Below are positions 21,575-33,201 of a stretch of DNA of 64,000 bases, piece after piece. The first letter of the stretch is position 1. Each line of letters starts with the position of its first letter. The notes under the pieces are model-generated. The model searched no databases. It saw only the letters and a list, made by a program, of their open reading frames with translations, and was not told where the DNA came from. Both the position numbers and the translations under genes were made by a program. The stretch lies in contig CP000070.1 in the NCBI GenBank assembly GCA_000002445.1, positions 1,184,001-1,248,000 on the forward strand, read 5' to 3'. Source of the DNA: Trypanosoma brucei (Eukaryota).

Positions 21575-23665
21575 TCATCCATTCTTCTCGTTCGTTTTAC
21601 CACCCAATGTGCGAACCCGCCTGAGGAGTGCCCCTGTGCGGGCGAACTGCTGGTCAAAAGCTGCGCTATTGGCCACGTCTCGGACAACACCACAGCACAA
21701 CTCCACTGTGTTGGAACATCTCTCACTGCACGCTAAGATGGCTGTCGGACTCTCAAGGGACGACAGAAGTTCAGACAACACCCGCGCACCACCCTGATGC
21801 AACCCGCTACCTTCATCTACCATGGACTCCAAACACGCGAGTAGAGAGGCAGGAACATCCCTCTCCTCACACTTGCTATTACAAAGCCACAAAAACAGCT
21901 CACCTGCGATAAGAGTGATGCCGTTCTGCACTTTATTATTCTCTGGAGTAAAAAGAGAGAGCTCCATGGCCGCTAGAGCAGCTGTATAAACACCTAAAGA
22001 GATCTGCCTCGAACAGGCATCGCTGTCCTTATCACACACATTCGAATTAGTGGAAGCGATATTCTCTTCTTTGAGGAGTCGCAGCAACCGTCTGCATAAC
22101 CTCAGCGCCTCCACAAACAATGGGCGGCTCACGGTCTTGTCCATTAGTACCGTTGCAAAGCACCGGTGGCGCAGGAGGCGTAATTTGAGGATATACTTCG
22201 AGAACTGTAAGCCCACCGAAGTATCCTGGGGCAACTTGTCCACCTCCTTTCCCAAGACCACCGCAATATCGACACATTTCCGAAGTGATGCGAGCTCGTC
22301 ACTCTTCTTGCACCTCGACAGTCGACATTGCACAGCCACATTCAAGTGTGCTCCGCAGAGCAGCTCCCTCAAACTTGCGGACACGAGCGTGGTGACCATC
22401 TTCACACTCTTTCCGACGCTCTCTTTGCCGGTTTCTCTTAGCCATCCTTTGGCAAGGGATAAAATACCATCTTCATTGTTTACGTAACCGACCTCAACTC
22501 TTAGTTCGCCAAGGCGTTGCCTCCACTCGCGGAGCACAAGAACCTTCGGTCCCGCAACACGAGCCGTATCGGTTGGTTGCTCTGACCTCATTAAAACTTC
22601 AGCGTATGTCGGTTTCCGCTTTCCTGACCTCTGTGGTGCCACCAAACCCGCACTCATAGTGCCATCGGTGCCCTTTCCTCCACGCAGCTCCCCTACCGCC
22701 CCCTTCGCATCCATTTCTTGTGCAAGAGCAAACTCAACTGTGAGGTTCCTCGGAGAAGAGGGATCGGACTCCCCTTCCCGCTGGCGTTTCAACTTCGGTT
22801 GCAACGTTGGTGGCTCTGCGTCGGCAGAAATAACGTGAGCCGCAGGGGTAAACCGTGGAATGTCCGCATCAGCAGCTTTTGCCGCGGGCTCTCGTTTGTT
22901 ACTTCCAGACTCCGCTCTCGGCGATGCTGCGGCCGTCTTTCTACATTCTTCCTTTCTCCGTGCACCTGCTATGGCAACTTGAAGTGTACCTCCGCCACGC
23001 GATACAGCGTCCTCCACGAGACCCTTTAGGGGTAGTTCTTCAACTACGCGCCAAGCAAGCGTGGAACCAGCCCTCAAATCGCTTACACCTTCGACTTCGG
23101 CAGCTTCAACCACGCCCCACTGCAATCGCCACACCCGCGCGGCATTAAAAGATGTGCGACCTTTGATTTGCTCTCCGCGGAGCAGTGATACCACATCCAC
23201 CCATGTTGCCTCCGCCGCTGCAGCGAAGGCGATGCCGGTGCCAGAAGGGGTACGGGCTCCAGGACAAATACACTGAAAGCTTATGACATCCACTTCGTCC
23301 GCGGAACGCACATTTGTAGTTAAAAGGAAACTGCACAAAAACCTACTACTGGTAGATATCAGTTGAAGTCGTTGTGGGCTGACGAAACGAGGAACGAGCT
23401 GAGCACAAGGCTGTGGTCCTCGGGGGTTTGTTAGGCCGCAATCATAGGATTCCACAACGAACGGACAGATGCCTGATGCACCAGTCAACCCGGTGTGCTT
23501 CACCAAAATCTCATGCCCTCCATTTCTCCCCTTCTTTGCGATTACTCGTGGTGACTGCTCGGCATTTGAGGGGAGCGTGCACTGCCACATGCCTGATGAA
23601 GGCGCTTTAATAAAACCGTCGCCGCTAGAGCACCCGCAGTTCTCGAATATGTGGATCCGGGGCAT
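21575..23665 (-). CDS. hypothetical protein (about 696 aa from the first ATG)
   Basis: Long minus-strand ORF. The track start at 23707 is TTG; the first ATG is at 23663-23665 (MPRIHIF...). No recognisable domain. Confidence 0.65.
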   Translation of the reverse strand: MPRIHIFENCGCSSGDGFIKAPSSGMWQCTLPSNAEQSPRVIAKKGRNGGHEILVKHTGLTGASGICPFVVESYDCGLTNPRGPQPCAQLVPRFVSPQRLQLISTSSRFLCSFLLTTNVRSADEVDVISFQCICPGARTPSGTGIAFAAAAEATWVDVVSLLRGEQIKGRTSFNAARVWRLQWGVVEAAEVEGVSDLRAGSTLAWRVVEELPLKGLVEDAVSRGGGTLQVAIAGARRKEECRKTAAASPRAESGSNKREPAAKAADADIPRFTPAAHVISADAEPPTLQPKLKRQREGESDPSSPRNLTVEFALAQEMDAKGAVGELRGGKGTDGTMSAGLVAPQRSGKRKPTYAEVLMRSEQPTDTARVAGPKVLVLREWRQRLGELRVEVGYVNNEDGILSLAKGWLRETGKESVGKSVKMVTTLVSASLRELLCGAHLNVAVQCRLSRCKKSDELASLRKCVDIAVVLGKEVDKLPQDTSVGLQFSKYILKLRLLRHRCFATVLMDKTVSRPLFVEALRLCRRLLRLLKEENIASTNSNVCDKDSDACSRQISLGVYTAALAAMELSLFTPENNKVQNGITLIAGELFLWLCNSKCEERDVPASLLACLESMVDEGSGLHQGGARVLSELLSSLESPTAILACSERCSNTVELCCGVVRDVANSAAFDQQFARTGALLRRVRTLGGKTNEKNG

Positions 23666-23967
23666 TGTCAAATAAGGGGCGTTCCAAATATGCCTGCAAA
23701 GTGTCAATGTTCCTTTAAATCACCTCTTCTGCGTGGAGGTAGATCTGAGTCTTAAGGTATTATTGGAGTTGAATAAGTAACAAAGGGAGAAGAAAGTGTG
23801 TAAATTCGGAAAGACACAAATGGGCAAAAAGAAAATAATAAATGGGGTCCGCGGAACCATCACATTCGCCGCTGGTCACACCTCTCCCCTAACAACCTGT
23901 GTCTCCCACACACACTTTTTGGCTGCATCGCCACGTTCGGCGGCACACAATACTGCAACAACCCACG

Positions 23968-24903
23968 CTAGGATGACTCCATAACGACGGAGTGTTGGAG
24001 CAAGAAATCCAGAAGTAACTGCGGGTAGTGGTACCGGAAAACAGAAAGCGGCATACTGTACAGACCTCGTCCACAGGCTCCACCCCTGGTGTCGTTGCTT
24101 GATTTCCCGCTTTCTGCCTCTGACCCATCGGGAATAAAATACTGCACAACCAAATGCTCGGCAAAGTTTTGAGTGCCTTCATGTTCAGAAGCAACCCCAC
24201 GGTTCTTCTTTCTCTCCTGCTCTGTGGGTGGCTCACAAGCCGTAACACTCCTGGTTTTCTCTGCTGCAACCACCGAGGCTGCAGGGGTAATGCTGTGAAT
24301 CTCGACACTCGAGGCATCGCGGCATAAGTCTTTGGCACAGCCCAGCTCAAAGTTTTGTGCGGCTGGAGTAGGATGTGCCCCTTTCATACACGAATGTTTA
24401 AGACTGACCGCGTGGCGTTCGCTCCACTGACGTTCCAGAAGTAAAGCGGACTCATACGAGTCCTTACACCTAAGTTGGCGATGACATTTCTTTTTCTTAG
24501 CAGAGTTAAGGTACTGAGAGGAAGATTCCTGAAGTGACCACTCTCCCAAGCCTACAAGAAACGCCTCATCATCCCCATCGTCTGCATCGGAGCGCTTTCC
24601 ATTGGCAGCACCGCTGCTCACAAGTACACCGAGCTGCGACCTCAATATGTCCCCCTGACGTTCATAGTTTCTACATCTCTTTCTCGTCCATTCTGCAAGT
24701 TCGCGCTGTGTGGTCTCGCTCTCAGATAAATCTGTATCCAATACGGCCGCAAATGCGTGAGGAAACAGTTTACTGCGGAACTCCCATGTGCTTGTGGTCC
24801 TGTTCACCGGACTCTGCGCTTCTACGCAATACTCGAGTGCACTATCATCAGGGTTGGACAACGGTTCATTTACGCTACAGACTTTTGTTTGGTGGATGGA
24901 CAT
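23968..24903 (-). CDS. hypothetical protein (about 311 aa from the first ATG)
   Basis: The ORF-track start at 24984 is TTG; the first ATG is at 24901-24903 (MSIHQTKV...). Acidic, serine-rich, protein-like composition. The overlapping same-strand ORF 23889..24350 is rich in Cys/Trp and looks spurious. Confidence 0.55.
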   Translation of the reverse strand: MSIHQTKVCSVNEPLSNPDDSALEYCVEAQSPVNRTTSTWEFRSKLFPHAFAAVLDTDLSESETTQRELAEWTRKRCRNYERQGDILRSQLGVLVSSGAANGKRSDADDGDDEAFLVGLGEWSLQESSSQYLNSAKKKKCHRQLRCKDSYESALLLERQWSERHAVSLKHSCMKGAHPTPAAQNFELGCAKDLCRDASSVEIHSITPAASVVAAEKTRSVTACEPPTEQERKKNRGVASEHEGTQNFAEHLVVQYFIPDGSEAESGKSSNDTRGGACGRGLYSMPLSVFRYHYPQLLLDFLLQHSVVMESS

Positions 24904-25560
24904 GAGTTCCGGTTGCAACTGATTGTTGTTGATGCGATTGAATTTGTAACTCTCCAGCTGGTCCTGCTCGCGACTTCTTCGCAACCTCTGCTCAGACCAC
25001 TTTTTTTTTTTTCCAGATCAATCCCAACTAATCAAGAAGGTGCAGGGGAAAAGATCCTCCTACTTTCTTATTAGCGGCCTCACTAACGCTGTACGGGATA
25101 TAAATACACTCCACTTGCGGAACCCCTTTTTATGTGTGCTACAACAACCTAAGAAGAGCAAGGTTAGCCACTGTGTATATAATCAACATTTCAAAAGAAG
25201 AGAGCACGATGTAGTTGTCGTAACGAAAAAGAAGTCTCACAGTACGAGGACTTCCTCACAGTTAAGGTTACCTCGAAAAATGACCTGGAGGTTATCCACC
25301 CACCCCCTTTTCATACCCTTCTGCGCCATACATCGCATTAAATGTGACTACAAGCACCGTGGTGCATAAACAAAACCTCTGAAGTCCACAGCCCCATGCC
25401 CCGTTTGGTAATACTCCCCCCCTCTGACATTTTGCCGAGCCACTCATCAGCGAAATGTCAAAAACGTATCAAAAAATAAGATTTGGACCTCCTCCAACGG
25501 TACGAAAAACATAAACGTTGACATGCAAAACTAGTAAACTGATGGAACGAAGAAATCACC

Positions 25561-26112
25561 CTACAACAGCTGGACGGTGGCGCCAAGTTTTTCAAACAGC
25601 CCCTTCAGTTTCTCGGCATCCTCTTTGCGCATATTCGTCTGTACTAATCCCGGACACTTCTCGATTGCGTTCTTTGCATCAGCAATGGAAAGGTTTGTTA
25701 CCGACCGAAGTTCCTTTATCAACTTTACCTTAATATCGGGAGCATACTTCTCAAGTTTGACGTCAAAAGAGGTTTTTTCGACTTTCTTCTTTTCAGTCTT
25801 TGGTGGTTCAGCCTCAGTAGCAGACGCCCCACTGGGGGCCGCTCCCGCTGCTGCAGCAACCGGGAATGCCACTGCAGCGCCACCACCGCCTCCACCCCCA
25901 AGTCCACGAAGTAATGCCTTTTCATAGAAGTCGTCGCTATGGCCAAGTTTCTTGAAAACAAGTCGCTGCAGGTCCGACAATTCCTTGAGGGTGAGTTGTG
26001 AGTATGTTGCAGCCAACTCTTCCAGTTTCGGCTTATCAGCCTTGCCACCACTACAGAATCGAGATGAAAGCGCGCCACAGCGCACAGAAACACCACACAG
26101 TACCCGCCGCAT
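25561..26112 (-). CDS. mitochondrial ribosomal protein bL12 (L7/L12 family)
   Basis: The C-terminal domain FDVKLEKYAPDIKVKLIKELRSVTNLSIADAKNAIEKCPGLVQTNMRKEDAEKLKGLFEKLGATVQL matches the conserved bL12 CTD (FDVxL...KIxVIKxVRxxTGLGLKEAKxLVE...AExxKxxLEEAGAxVE). A Gly/Ala-rich hinge precedes it, and the N-terminus is basic with a presequence-like MRRVLCGVSVRCGALSSRF. ATG at 26110-26112. Confidence 0.9.
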   Translation of the reverse strand: MRRVLCGVSVRCGALSSRFCSGGKADKPKLEELAATYSQLTLKELSDLQRLVFKKLGHSDDFYEKALLRGLGGGGGGGAAVAFPVAAAAGAAPSGASATEAEPPKTEKKKVEKTSFDVKLEKYAPDIKVKLIKELRSVTNLSIADAKNAIEKCPGLVQTNMRKEDAEKLKGLFEKLGATVQLL

Positions 26113-26747
26113 CTTACCAACGTTGTCGTTATATCACAGCTATTTCTAAACTCCTTCTCCTTTGTTATTCAAGTTTTCCCCTGGTTCGCCACTAACCACT
26201 CGCTACATGAATAAAAAATGATGCGAAAAATAGTAGTAACAGATGAGTTCACGCAGCTCGCCGCCCAAAAGTAAGTAATGATGCAATGTTGCACAGTATC
26301 CAGTTTTCTTTCAATCATGCATCTCTCCACCCTCCGGCCTCCCTTATTTCCAAACCACGTCACCCTTTCATCCACCACAATAACCACACACTCCAACATA
26401 TTTCCGGCAATTGGTGGTGGTTGAAAAATCGCAATCAAACAAAGACTATATCCATTCACAACTACATCCAACACTCTTCCCCCCCCGTCCTCTCCACTAC
26501 TCAGACAAATGTGTACATACACACATCGCAGAGAAGTGACACTACGCAGTCACGAGCAGAGGAAAGGAACTTCTTACCTGCCAAATGAACCCTTTCCTTC
26601 ACTACCTCTCCACATATACAGCAACCAACGAAACACACTCACACGCACACGCACACACTCACCCACTTTATGATAATAAAAGACAGAACGCAACCACCAA
26701 AACGGGCCCACAGACTTACCCTTCCCATCCATATGAAATAAATTCGG

Positions 26748-28148
26748 TTATACTTTCTCAGCTCTACGCAAGTCATAAACTGGAGGAGCCACATCCTGCT
26801 CCACTACCTCATTGTACATGTGTGGACTCCAGCTAAGCAAGTGTGGATAAAAGATATAATTTTGTCCACTGCGCTCGCGCTGCACGCGTTTCGAAAGACA
26901 TCTTTCGATACTCTCTTCCGAAACTACAATTTGAGTACCATCGATTAACTTCAAGTATTGTAGCGTTCGCATGACATCCGCTTCCGACATGAACGTTGCT
27001 TGCACAAGATAGTCCAGTGTGACGCAGTGACTTTCCTCAATCGCGCGAGCAAGGGTTGAAACGATCGTGTCGCCCCAGTATCCCAGGTAAAGCTTCTCCC
27101 CCAGGTCGCTCAGCGGCTTCTCAGGTGAGCCTATTTTCCCCTCGCGACGAGACAGTTCATAGCTAAGTTCAATGAGAAACCGCCCTATCCCACGACTCTG
27201 GAACTGTGGCAGTACGAGTATGCAAGAGAGATTGTACATCTCCGGTGTCGTCTTCTCTTTGCTGAAGTAGCCAAGCACTTCCAAACCATGTGGTTGTATA
27301 CTGCAGAGCACGTAAAACAGAAAGGGCGTCATGTCATGATCAAGAGCTTTATGGTCAAGGAACAGTTTGGATAGAAGGGCCAAGTGCTCGCAAAATGTGG
27401 GCTCAGCTACTCCATCAATCTCTACCACGGTGAGATTCCGTATGGGATCGCGATATATTTCATTTCCCGGTGGAAAGCGGGAGCAAACTAGACGGACGTG
27501 GCGCAACACATCTTCATGTTCCGAAAAGGGCTGTAAGCAAAAGGGACATATATGAAGCACAAAAGATGTAAAAGCAACGGAAGAACGCAGAGCATTATCG
27601 CGACTATCTTGGCGCAGTTGTAGCTCCATGTCACCTGTGAAGTATTCTGCGTTCTGCTTGAAGCCTTGCTGCACCTGCGGTCGCGCAAGATGGTACGGCG
27701 AGAAGTACCACGTCTCCACTTCATATGGGCCCATGCAAATACGTTGAACATTCTTCGGTCGATAAAAAAACGAACTCTCCTTCCGCGTTCTGGTAGTTGT
27801 TACCTTATCACAATTTGGTGTCGCACCTCGCTTTGCTGCGGAACCTGCCGTAGCGCCGTTGGATCCACTCTCCTCCTGCTCTGCCACCAAACGGCTTTGC
27901 CCACGCGTGGTGATGCCGCAGCCTGTTGGCTTACTCACCTGCTGTTTGTCCGCCTGCCGGCCTTGTCTCCGCTCCCTCAATGCGCTACCGGGGAGCCAAC
28001 GGTCCATGCGACTGTCCTGTTCCACGTAGTGAACGTAGTACAGAAGCTGCCCCGTGTGCGCATCATGTGCAACCTCTTGTATAATAGCGGCATGAAATGT
28101 TTCGTGGAGTGTCGCATAAACCTTCTGCCGCACCTCAAACATTACCAT
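26748..28148 (-). CDS. HAT1: MYST-family histone acetyltransferase with N-terminal chromo-barrel and C2HC zinc finger
   Basis: MYST catalytic core: LSCILVLPQFQSRGIGRFLIELSYELSRREGKIGSPEKPLSDLG (acetyl-CoA binding R/QxxGxG/A plus the catalytic Glu region). C2HC finger: CPFCLQPF...HVRLVC. Chromo-barrel: LLYYVHYVEQDSRMDRWL. The track start at 28232 is GTG; the first ATG is at 28146-28148. The HAT1 symbol rests on remembered T. brucei synteny (HAT1 adjacent to IG-NH) and was not searched. Confidence 0.9.
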   Translation of the reverse strand: MVMFEVRQKVYATLHETFHAAIIQEVAHDAHTGQLLYYVHYVEQDSRMDRWLPGSALRERRQGRQADKQQVSKPTGCGITTRGQSRLVAEQEESGSNGATAGSAAKRGATPNCDKVTTTRTRKESSFFYRPKNVQRICMGPYEVETWYFSPYHLARPQVQQGFKQNAEYFTGDMELQLRQDSRDNALRSSVAFTSFVLHICPFCLQPFSEHEDVLRHVRLVCSRFPPGNEIYRDPIRNLTVVEIDGVAEPTFCEHLALLSKLFLDHKALDHDMTPFLFYVLCSIQPHGLEVLGYFSKEKTTPEMYNLSCILVLPQFQSRGIGRFLIELSYELSRREGKIGSPEKPLSDLGEKLYLGYWGDTIVSTLARAIEESHCVTLDYLVQATFMSEADVMRTLQYLKLIDGTQIVVSEESIERCLSKRVQRERSGQNYIFYPHLLSWSPHMYNEVVEQDVAPPVYDLRRAEKV

Positions 28149-29076
28149 GTCCAAAGGTGTGACACCTGGTTCTTTCTTCCTGTAGGTTCCCCTCTTCACT
28201 CTGTGGTCCGATAACTTTGGTTTCCTCGCCACCTATTTGTCACCCATAAAAAAACAACAGACGATGTTAGCGCGCACGACCACGTGGAGTTGTAAATTTT
28301 AACCAGATAGGGTGGAGAAGAAAGAACGTTTTTTTTTTTTAAGTCCTAACGTCGCAGGAACAAGGCGAGGTAACAGTGACGGTTGATAGGACTGCATCAC
28401 AACACCAGAGGTAGTACATCATCTATGTATGCACGATGCACCGCCCCAAGGTAGTGATGGGGTCCAAAATTTAATATTTCTCCTATTTGTTTATTGATTA
28501 TTTATACCAATGCCGACCTTTAATAGCCTGAGCTCCCCAACCTTCACACATCCAATCGGGTAACGTTGTGTTTAACTCATATTCTGTTTAATTCCCCTCC
28601 ACATACAGACATACACACACACACACATATATATATATATATTACACCATTTCCACCCACCTCACATCGCGCTTTTAATAGTTCATACGATTATTTTCCT
28701 TCAAATTTCTCTATAAAGAAATCCCTCTCCCATTTACCCACGCGATCTTTCGCGAGGAATAAAGGGAGATACAATATGTGTATTTCTGTACCCGAGTGTG
28801 CGCATATGTTTGAGTTCAACTTTTAACTTCTCTTTAATTTATTTGTATTCGACATACATATTGTTTTTGTGCACATCACTTCGCAGAAGCAAGGAGAATG
28901 TACTTTCCGAGGCATTGTTTTTCTATTTAGAAGTCATACACGTGGCAGAGAAGCCAAATAAAGTAAAAAAAAGAAGTAAACAAAGGACCCAATTGTAATA
29001 TTAACTCACGCCCACACTATTAATGATAATGAAATGACAAATAAGATAAGATAAAGAGCGTGAAAATAAGAAGGTT

Positions 29077-29109
<33 letters not shown>

Positions 29110-30650
29110 TTACAAGGATTTTTCCCCATCCTTTTCCTTCGCCAATATTAAATCATTACAAAAGACAAGTAAACGTTTCTGCTTTATGTCCTTACCAGTA
29201 TTTAAATTCTCGGACTCGTTCAATTTCTCGTTGCATTCCCTTCGCTTCTGTCAGTTCACCTTCTGCTTTCTTTTCCTTTCCTCCCCCTTTCTCTCCCTCT
29301 TACTCATCCTTTTCACAAAACATAACATAACAAAACCATAAAACCGTTGTGTGAACCGAAATGAATAAACACCCGCGGATACCTTACAGTACCAAACGGC
29401 ATTCCGTACAAAAACAGCAAATACTGCGAAATGTCACCATCAAACGAACACACGACAAAAGGAAAAAAAGAAAAAAGGAGAGTCAAGGAAGGAAGAAAAG
29501 GAATGGGACAGATTCTACAGAAAGGAAACAGCACAATATAAAATGAAAAAAAGAAAAAACAAGCCCCACACCCGGTTAGTCCGAGATAATCTTTGTTCGA
29601 AGAGTAAAACCGCGATTGTGACATGCGCAAGGGAAAGGAACGGGGTTGAATGGTCTACATACATTGTAACATTAAATGGGGAGAGTAGTCGGCGAAAAAT
29701 GAAAAAAAAACAAATGAAGCAACAGCAAAAACAGTAGCCGTAGCGACGGAAGTGCTCTTGAGAAAAATATAGTTCAGTTGATCATGGGGGAAGGGATGTA
29801 TGCAAACTTGAAGGCACGCGTGGATATACGCACACGAAACTTACAAACAAATACAAAAATCATGCATACACATACATCGCGACAAAGGTGAAGTAACCTC
29901 CCGCACCCTTTTTCTTTCTTTTTTTCTTCTTTGTTGAATTCATTACCGGTTCTACTTCATTCTCCCACGCGAACAGAACCTCACCTTCCGCCTCCTCGCT
30001 TCGCCTTAAAAACCTAAAACTTTCCTACGAATTACCCATTTATGTGTGCACTGCAGCGCTTTGACCCTCATTCTTATATTCATATGTATACATATATTTT
30101 TAAATTCTGCTCCTTCCGTTTTTCAAGACAAAAGCAGAGCCTCAGAACTTATGTACCTCTCATCCGTGCCTACAACCATTTCATCTTTTTTAAAACTTAG
30201 TTTTATTTTCCCTTTTCCACGCTCGACCACCAGCCTGCACTACCAGGAGCCGCTGCGCTCTCTCAACCAAAAAAAAAATAATAATAATAATAAATAAAAT
30301 TATATATATATATATATCTTTTTTTCATTTTAAGAAGGAAACTCGATATCGACCTTCCAAAACAAAAACAAAAACAAAAGAAACACACAAATAAACGTTT
30401 GCGACTTCCTCCTCCCTCAACCACACACATACCCGCACCTTTCCCTTACCTCGTCACCAATACTTAGCTACATAAGCTGTTCACACGTTACCTGCGGTAA
30501 CCTCGGCCCCACGCACAGAACCACGCAGGTCCAAATGACAGATATATTTTGATGTGTTTCTTTTTTAAAAAAGAAGGATTCTCGTCGAATACCGGAGACA
30601 TGCGATTTGTCGCTGGAAAGAGGGCGGTGAAACGCCCTTTCTCGTCCTCC

Positions 30651-31724
30651 TTACGCGACATATTCTACGATATCCCGTAGCGCCTTGAGGAACATTTCAT
30701 TGTCCACTTTAGTGATAACATTGCAGTTGCGCCAGCGACCCTTTTTCGCCATGGACTGTTCCGTGCCATACCAATCGATGCATGTCGCCCCCCTTGTTTC
30801 CCTTCCATGCAATTCGACAGTTACGTATGTGAGGAAGCTGTCGAGTACACTTTCGGGGCGGATGGCAACCAGCACAGCTACAGCGTCCGGAACAACGCAC
30901 GTAACATCTTGCGTTGCCTCAGCGTCACCGGTGTCTGCTCTTGTGCCATCATCGTGAATACGAGTGAATGCCTCCAAACGCTGAAACAGTTTTTCAATAA
31001 ACTCCTGCCATTTGTTTTGATTTACCGCCACGCGGCCATTGGGAGTCAATTCTCTGTTCACCAACTTATCATAAAACCCCCACGTCATGGGGGAGTTAAC
31101 AGTTACCTCCCAATTAACCAACTGTACCGGACACTTCCACCCCTTGTGCTGCAGCACCACGACCCCCGCTTCCGGATCGCAGTGGCTGTTAAACTCAGCC
31201 GCCATGTTGGAGTTGCCCTTGCTTTCACTGGTGCCGTTCATGATGACAATGCCAGGTATCGTATCTGTCCCAAGTTTGGAAAACAAATCGGGGTTCAAAC
31301 GAAGGGCCAATGCCACATTTGTAAGGGGGCCCAACGCAACCAACTGGTACACCACATCATCTGACGGCTCTGCCTCCTCAAGTATTTTCAGTATCTCCAG
31401 TGCGGCATGTCTTTTAGGTTGAAGAGCCACACGCTTAGATGGTGGAAATCCCGCATCACCAAAGCCGTCCGAGCCGAAGCCGCCCCACTGCACAGTCTCC
31501 CGCTCCCCCACGAGGGGTCCCTCTGCCCCACGAAAAAACGGTATATCTGCGTCATACAAATCCAGAAGTTTGCCGATATTTTCCATACCTTGGTTAACCT
31601 CCACATTTCCCCACACAACAGTGATGGCAATGACTTCCACATCAGGCTGTGTCATAGCCAACATGATGGCTATGGCATCGTCACCGCCACAATCGGTGTC
31701 GATGATAAGTTTTCGATGAACCAT
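30651..31724 (-). CDS. inosine-uridine preferring type nucleoside hydrolase (IU-NH family; likely the inosine-guanosine NH of T. brucei)
   Basis: N-terminal fingerprint IIDTDCGGDDAIAI (the DXDXXXDD Ca2+/ribose-binding motif of nucleoside hydrolases). 357 codons with ATG at 31722-31724. Length and layout fit IU-NH/IG-NH enzymes. Confidence 0.92.
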   Translation of the reverse strand: MVHRKLIIDTDCGGDDAIAIMLAMTQPDVEVIAITVVWGNVEVNQGMENIGKLLDLYDADIPFFRGAEGPLVGERETVQWGGFGSDGFGDAGFPPSKRVALQPKRHAALEILKILEEAEPSDDVVYQLVALGPLTNVALALRLNPDLFSKLGTDTIPGIVIMNGTSESKGNSNMAAEFNSHCDPEAGVVVLQHKGWKCPVQLVNWEVTVNSPMTWGFYDKLVNRELTPNGRVAVNQNKWQEFIEKLFQRLEAFTRIHDDGTRADTGDAEATQDVTCVVPDAVAVLVAIRPESVLDSFLTYVTVELHGRETRGATCIDWYGTEQSMAKKGRWRNCNVITKVDNEMFLKALRDIVEYVA

Positions 31725-33201
31725 TATTTAATGTATCGTCCAAACAAAAATGTCAACTCTAACGATGAATATCAAGCAGTACAAAACAAAAAAGAGAAGA
31801 GAAGAGGAAAGAAATCATATGGAAGCTCCTTGTCTTTCCTCTTCTGTCCCTCTTGACCCGTCTACTTCCCAGTTTCTCCGCTTACGTTAGGCAGAAGTAT
31901 CGTTCACCGAAGGGTCTTAATCAAGCTGAAGTTCCTTTACGCTGATTAGCCAATCTTTACAAATACGGTAACATCCACCTGGAAAACAAAAATAATGTAT
32001 ACACACTCACATATGTACTGGCGCGCGGTACAATTATTTATGGCATAGCAAAACTTTTGTGCCACATGCGATGATCAATAGGTCGAACATTAAAATTTAA
32101 AAAATCGCTACATGTGCGACAAGACAACAAAGATGGCAAAGCTTTCCTTACAAACCAAATTCACGCGCGCGCAATCACCTCCGTCATCGGCACGACAGGC
32201 CCCTTCGACCCCCCCCCAAAAAAAAAAAAATGCGCCCTCAGCTCCAACACAATCACCTCATCACTCAGGTGACGCGGCGGATGACCCAACGACTTACCAA
32301 CACACATTTTCATCAGCTCTGACTATTTGATTTTTTTCCCCTTCACACACAACTCCTCAATTGTCTCGATATGTTCCCTTTTTCCCCTCCAGACCACCTC
32401 CATGCGTTATTAACCCAGCAGGCACTCAACGCCTCCACGTAACAAATGCTGAAGGCAGTGTTAAAACTGTAAGACATCTTCACAAATACCTGAAACAGTT
32501 GATGATGGCCTCCGAATGGCACACAACTTTGACGGTGGTGGTGGGATGGTACTTGGAGGCGAAGACACAAAATATATGGTAACACAAAAGCGCCACTACG
32601 TGCAGCTTCGGTGGGGAAGTGGTGGGTGAGTACTGCAACTCAAGCAACCAACGAAGGGAGCGCTCAAAGGGATACAAAAAGTTGTGCTCAAACTTTTTGC
32701 GGATGCTCAGACTCCTAGCGGAAAGAAACCCAAAAGTAACACGCAGACGTGCACGTGCCACCGAAGTGGATACCATAACCTGAGGCGCCCTCCACAGCCC
32801 CTCTAACGCTGCAGCACAGAACACATATTTACGTATCACCTCATTGGAATGCTTTCAATGCACATGACCCAATCAACAGACGCCACTGATGAAACTCACT
32901 TTTATTACCAACGAATTAACGGTCACCTATTGCGTGGAGCACAAGAAATTCTCTTCAAAAAGTAAAACCGGTAAATAAGGGAGGAAATGCACTTCATAAA
33001 AGGGAAATAGCACGTTACGCATCGCTACTCTGCAAAACAAATCTAATCAAAACATACATATATGAAATTCTTGAGGTCTATGAGGCCAATGGCAAGAGGA
33101 GAGCAAAAAAAGTATGGGGTGTATAGTGCCTCTATAGAACCGACTTCTGCACCAGCACTAAGCACGTTATCGGTAACGATGGTGGACATATTCGACGTAT
33201 T

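Noticed and set aside
26748-28232. Using the full 494-aa ORF for the MYST HAT
   Set aside because: The codon at 28230-28232 is GTG (cac on the plus strand). The first ATG is at 28148. The chromo-barrel is intact from there, so the trimmed start is used.
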